From the IMG/VR virus record IMGVR_UViG_3300032236_001859, positions 152,044 to 216,043 of that record: a stretch of DNA of 64,000 bases; one strand, 5' to 3'. The first letter of the stretch is position 1, and each line of letters begins with the position of its first letter. A model generated the notes under the pieces. The model was not told where the DNA came from, did no database searches, and was given only the letters and a program-made list of their open reading frames with translations. Positions 62,634-64,000 of this stretch are shown here, in pieces. A program made the position numbers and the translations under genes.

Positions 62634-63994
62634 ACCGCCGCCTTCTTCAGACCAGGTGCGATCTGATCCAGCATTCCCATGAATAAGTGTTCACGTGCCC
62701 AGTCCTTGGGGATCACACGGAAAACGTATGGCGGCTGCAGGCTCAGGAGGTACAGCATGGACATGTCGTCGATGTGCTTGCAGACCACCCAGCGTTCACC
62801 AAAGACTCCCTCCCAGACCTGCCCAACTGCGGGTTCACCGTTTAGCTCGGACAACTTGTTACCGCAGGCGACCACGGTCCCATTTGACTCAAAAATCTTG
62901 GACACGAGTTCGCGACCATACTTCAGTCGTGCATCCAGTTCTTCGGTGAGATCCTTGGTGGCCTGGTCAACCATGGCACCGACGAGATCAACCCCTGCCA
63001 TCGACTTCTCGAGGTCGACCTCAGGGGGTTGCTTGCCATTGGTGAATTTGATGGGTGGTGGGTTCTCGGTTTCATCGATGACCACCATCGAGGAATCATG
63101 ACCACGAAGAACGCCATCCTCGGGGAAGTCGACTCTTACGGGGTCGTACTTTACAAGACACCGCTCTGATACCTGAACAATATGATTCTGGTTCTTGGTG
63201 AGATCCCCCCATATAACGGTCTCGGGGTCCACGGTAGGGGCAACGAAGACGCACCCAATAGAATTGAGATGACTGCCTTCCCGAGCCAGCTTAATGCTCA
63301 TGACTTTTCCAAAGAAGTCATACAGCGGTGATCTATTATCGGAATGCACGACGAGATCACCGAGTTTGAACTTGGACCCCTGGATGTTGGACCACCCCGA
63401 TACCTCGGGGGGTTGTGGATTAGCTGCCTGGAGTCCGGCGGCCTCACCGGGGGTGAGTGCACACTCGAGATTGGATCCAGCCTGTGACATCCGGCTTTCT
63501 TCCTTAGCAGCCGCGGCGTCCTCCATCACCGATATCGCAGGTGCCGGCGTGGTATCCTTGGGCTTCTTGACCACCGCGGTACCCGCCTTGGGGCCGAGGC
63601 GGCGTGACATCGCCATGAGTTCCTTGACCTGGGCGAGATCCTGGATGTCGATCCCAGGACGATCCGCCTTGCGGGTATCCAAGGTGATCTTTAGGCCCTC
63701 AATGGTGGGTGCCCGGGTGCGCTCACCTGACTTACTGAACTTGGTCTTGAACTCTTCAATTACCGCTGGGATCCGAACATTCTCCAGTGAACGCTGAAGG
63801 AGGTATCTCGCCCCCGAGGCGTTCATCACCGAGGTATCCATCATGCGATGTGCAGTGTACGAGAGGGCCTGGATCGTCAGTCTGGTGGTCTTGCTGCCCA
63901 TGGCTTTGACTGCAGCGGGGACATCAATGATGGCCTTGACGGCGTTACCAACGGCACGTGAGCTGCGCTCAGAGTTGCGGTCGTAGTGACGCAC
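62630..63994 (-). CDS. Hypothetical multidomain protein (SH3/KOW-like FKLGDLV and GQVW modules); start may lie outside the window
   Basis: Long ORF running to the window edge. Confidence 0.55.
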   Translation of the reverse strand: MRHYDRNSERSSRAVGNAVKAIIDVPAAVKAMGSKTTRLTIQALSYTAHRMMDTSVMNASGARYLLQRSLENVRIPAVIEEFKTKFSKSGERTRAPTIEGLKITLDTRKADRPGIDIQDLAQVKELMAMSRRLGPKAGTAVVKKPKDTTPAPAISVMEDAAAAKEESRMSQAGSNLECALTPGEAAGLQAANPQPPEVSGWSNIQGSKFKLGDLVVHSDNRSPLYDFFGKVMSIKLAREGSHLNSIGCVFVAPTVDPETVIWGDLTKNQNHIVQVSERCLVKYDPVRVDFPEDGVLRGHDSSMVVIDETENPPPIKFTNGKQPPEVDLEKSMAGVDLVGAMVDQATKDLTEELDARLKYGRELVSKIFESNGTVVACGNKLSELNGEPAVGQVWEGVFGERWVVCKHIDDMSMLYLLSLQPPYVFRVIPKDWAREHLFMGMLDQIAPGLKKAAV

Positions 63995-64000
63995 GATCTC

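Noticed and set aside
1-64000. Alternative genetic code / stop-codon reassignment
   Set aside because: TAA, TAG and TGA all end genes cleanly and ORFs tile densely under code 11
1-64000. CRISPR array, tRNA or rRNA genes
   Set aside because: No regularly spaced direct repeats or cloverleaf/CCA-like segments seen; intergenic gaps are short and explained by promoters and terminators

Overview
This 64 kb window looks like part of a large, GC-rich tailed-phage (probably jumbo phage) genome. Nearly every credible gene is on the minus strand and many are coupled by ATGA overlaps. From left to right: (1) 0-15 kb: virion/head module with a probable portal, a 1891-aa virion protein, glycine-zipper membrane proteins, a spermidine-synthase-like methyltransferase and a NUDIX-HAD multidomain protein. 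Many of these carry a recurring K-x-A motif at domain boundaries. (2) 15-27 kb: tail fibre/adhesin genes, including an 1800-aa autotransporter-passenger-like beta-helix protein of Planctomycetes/Verrucomicrobia style, plus an XRE regulator. (3) 27-30.6 kb: class II ribonucleotide reductase (nrdJ) with a 320-aa LAGLIDADG intein at the catalytic Cys. (4) 31-35 kb: a second beta-helix protein whose C-terminal module is repeated five times. (5) 36-43 kb: an island of fused glycosyltransferases (GT25+radical SAM; DUF115/Maf-like+GT29+GT32; GT2+KpsS-like). (6) 43-45 kb: two divergent, possibly HK97-fold paralogs. (7) 47-51 kb: tail-like genes and a GH130-like propeller. (8) 51-64 kb: small accessory genes with several paralog families, a PD-(D/E)xK nuclease and a GNAT. 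A repeated promoter-like motif with a short 15-16 bp spacer precedes at least ten transcription units. No tRNA, rRNA, CRISPR array, integrase, terminase or polymerase was recognised. All family assignments come from reading motifs by eye, not from database searches.
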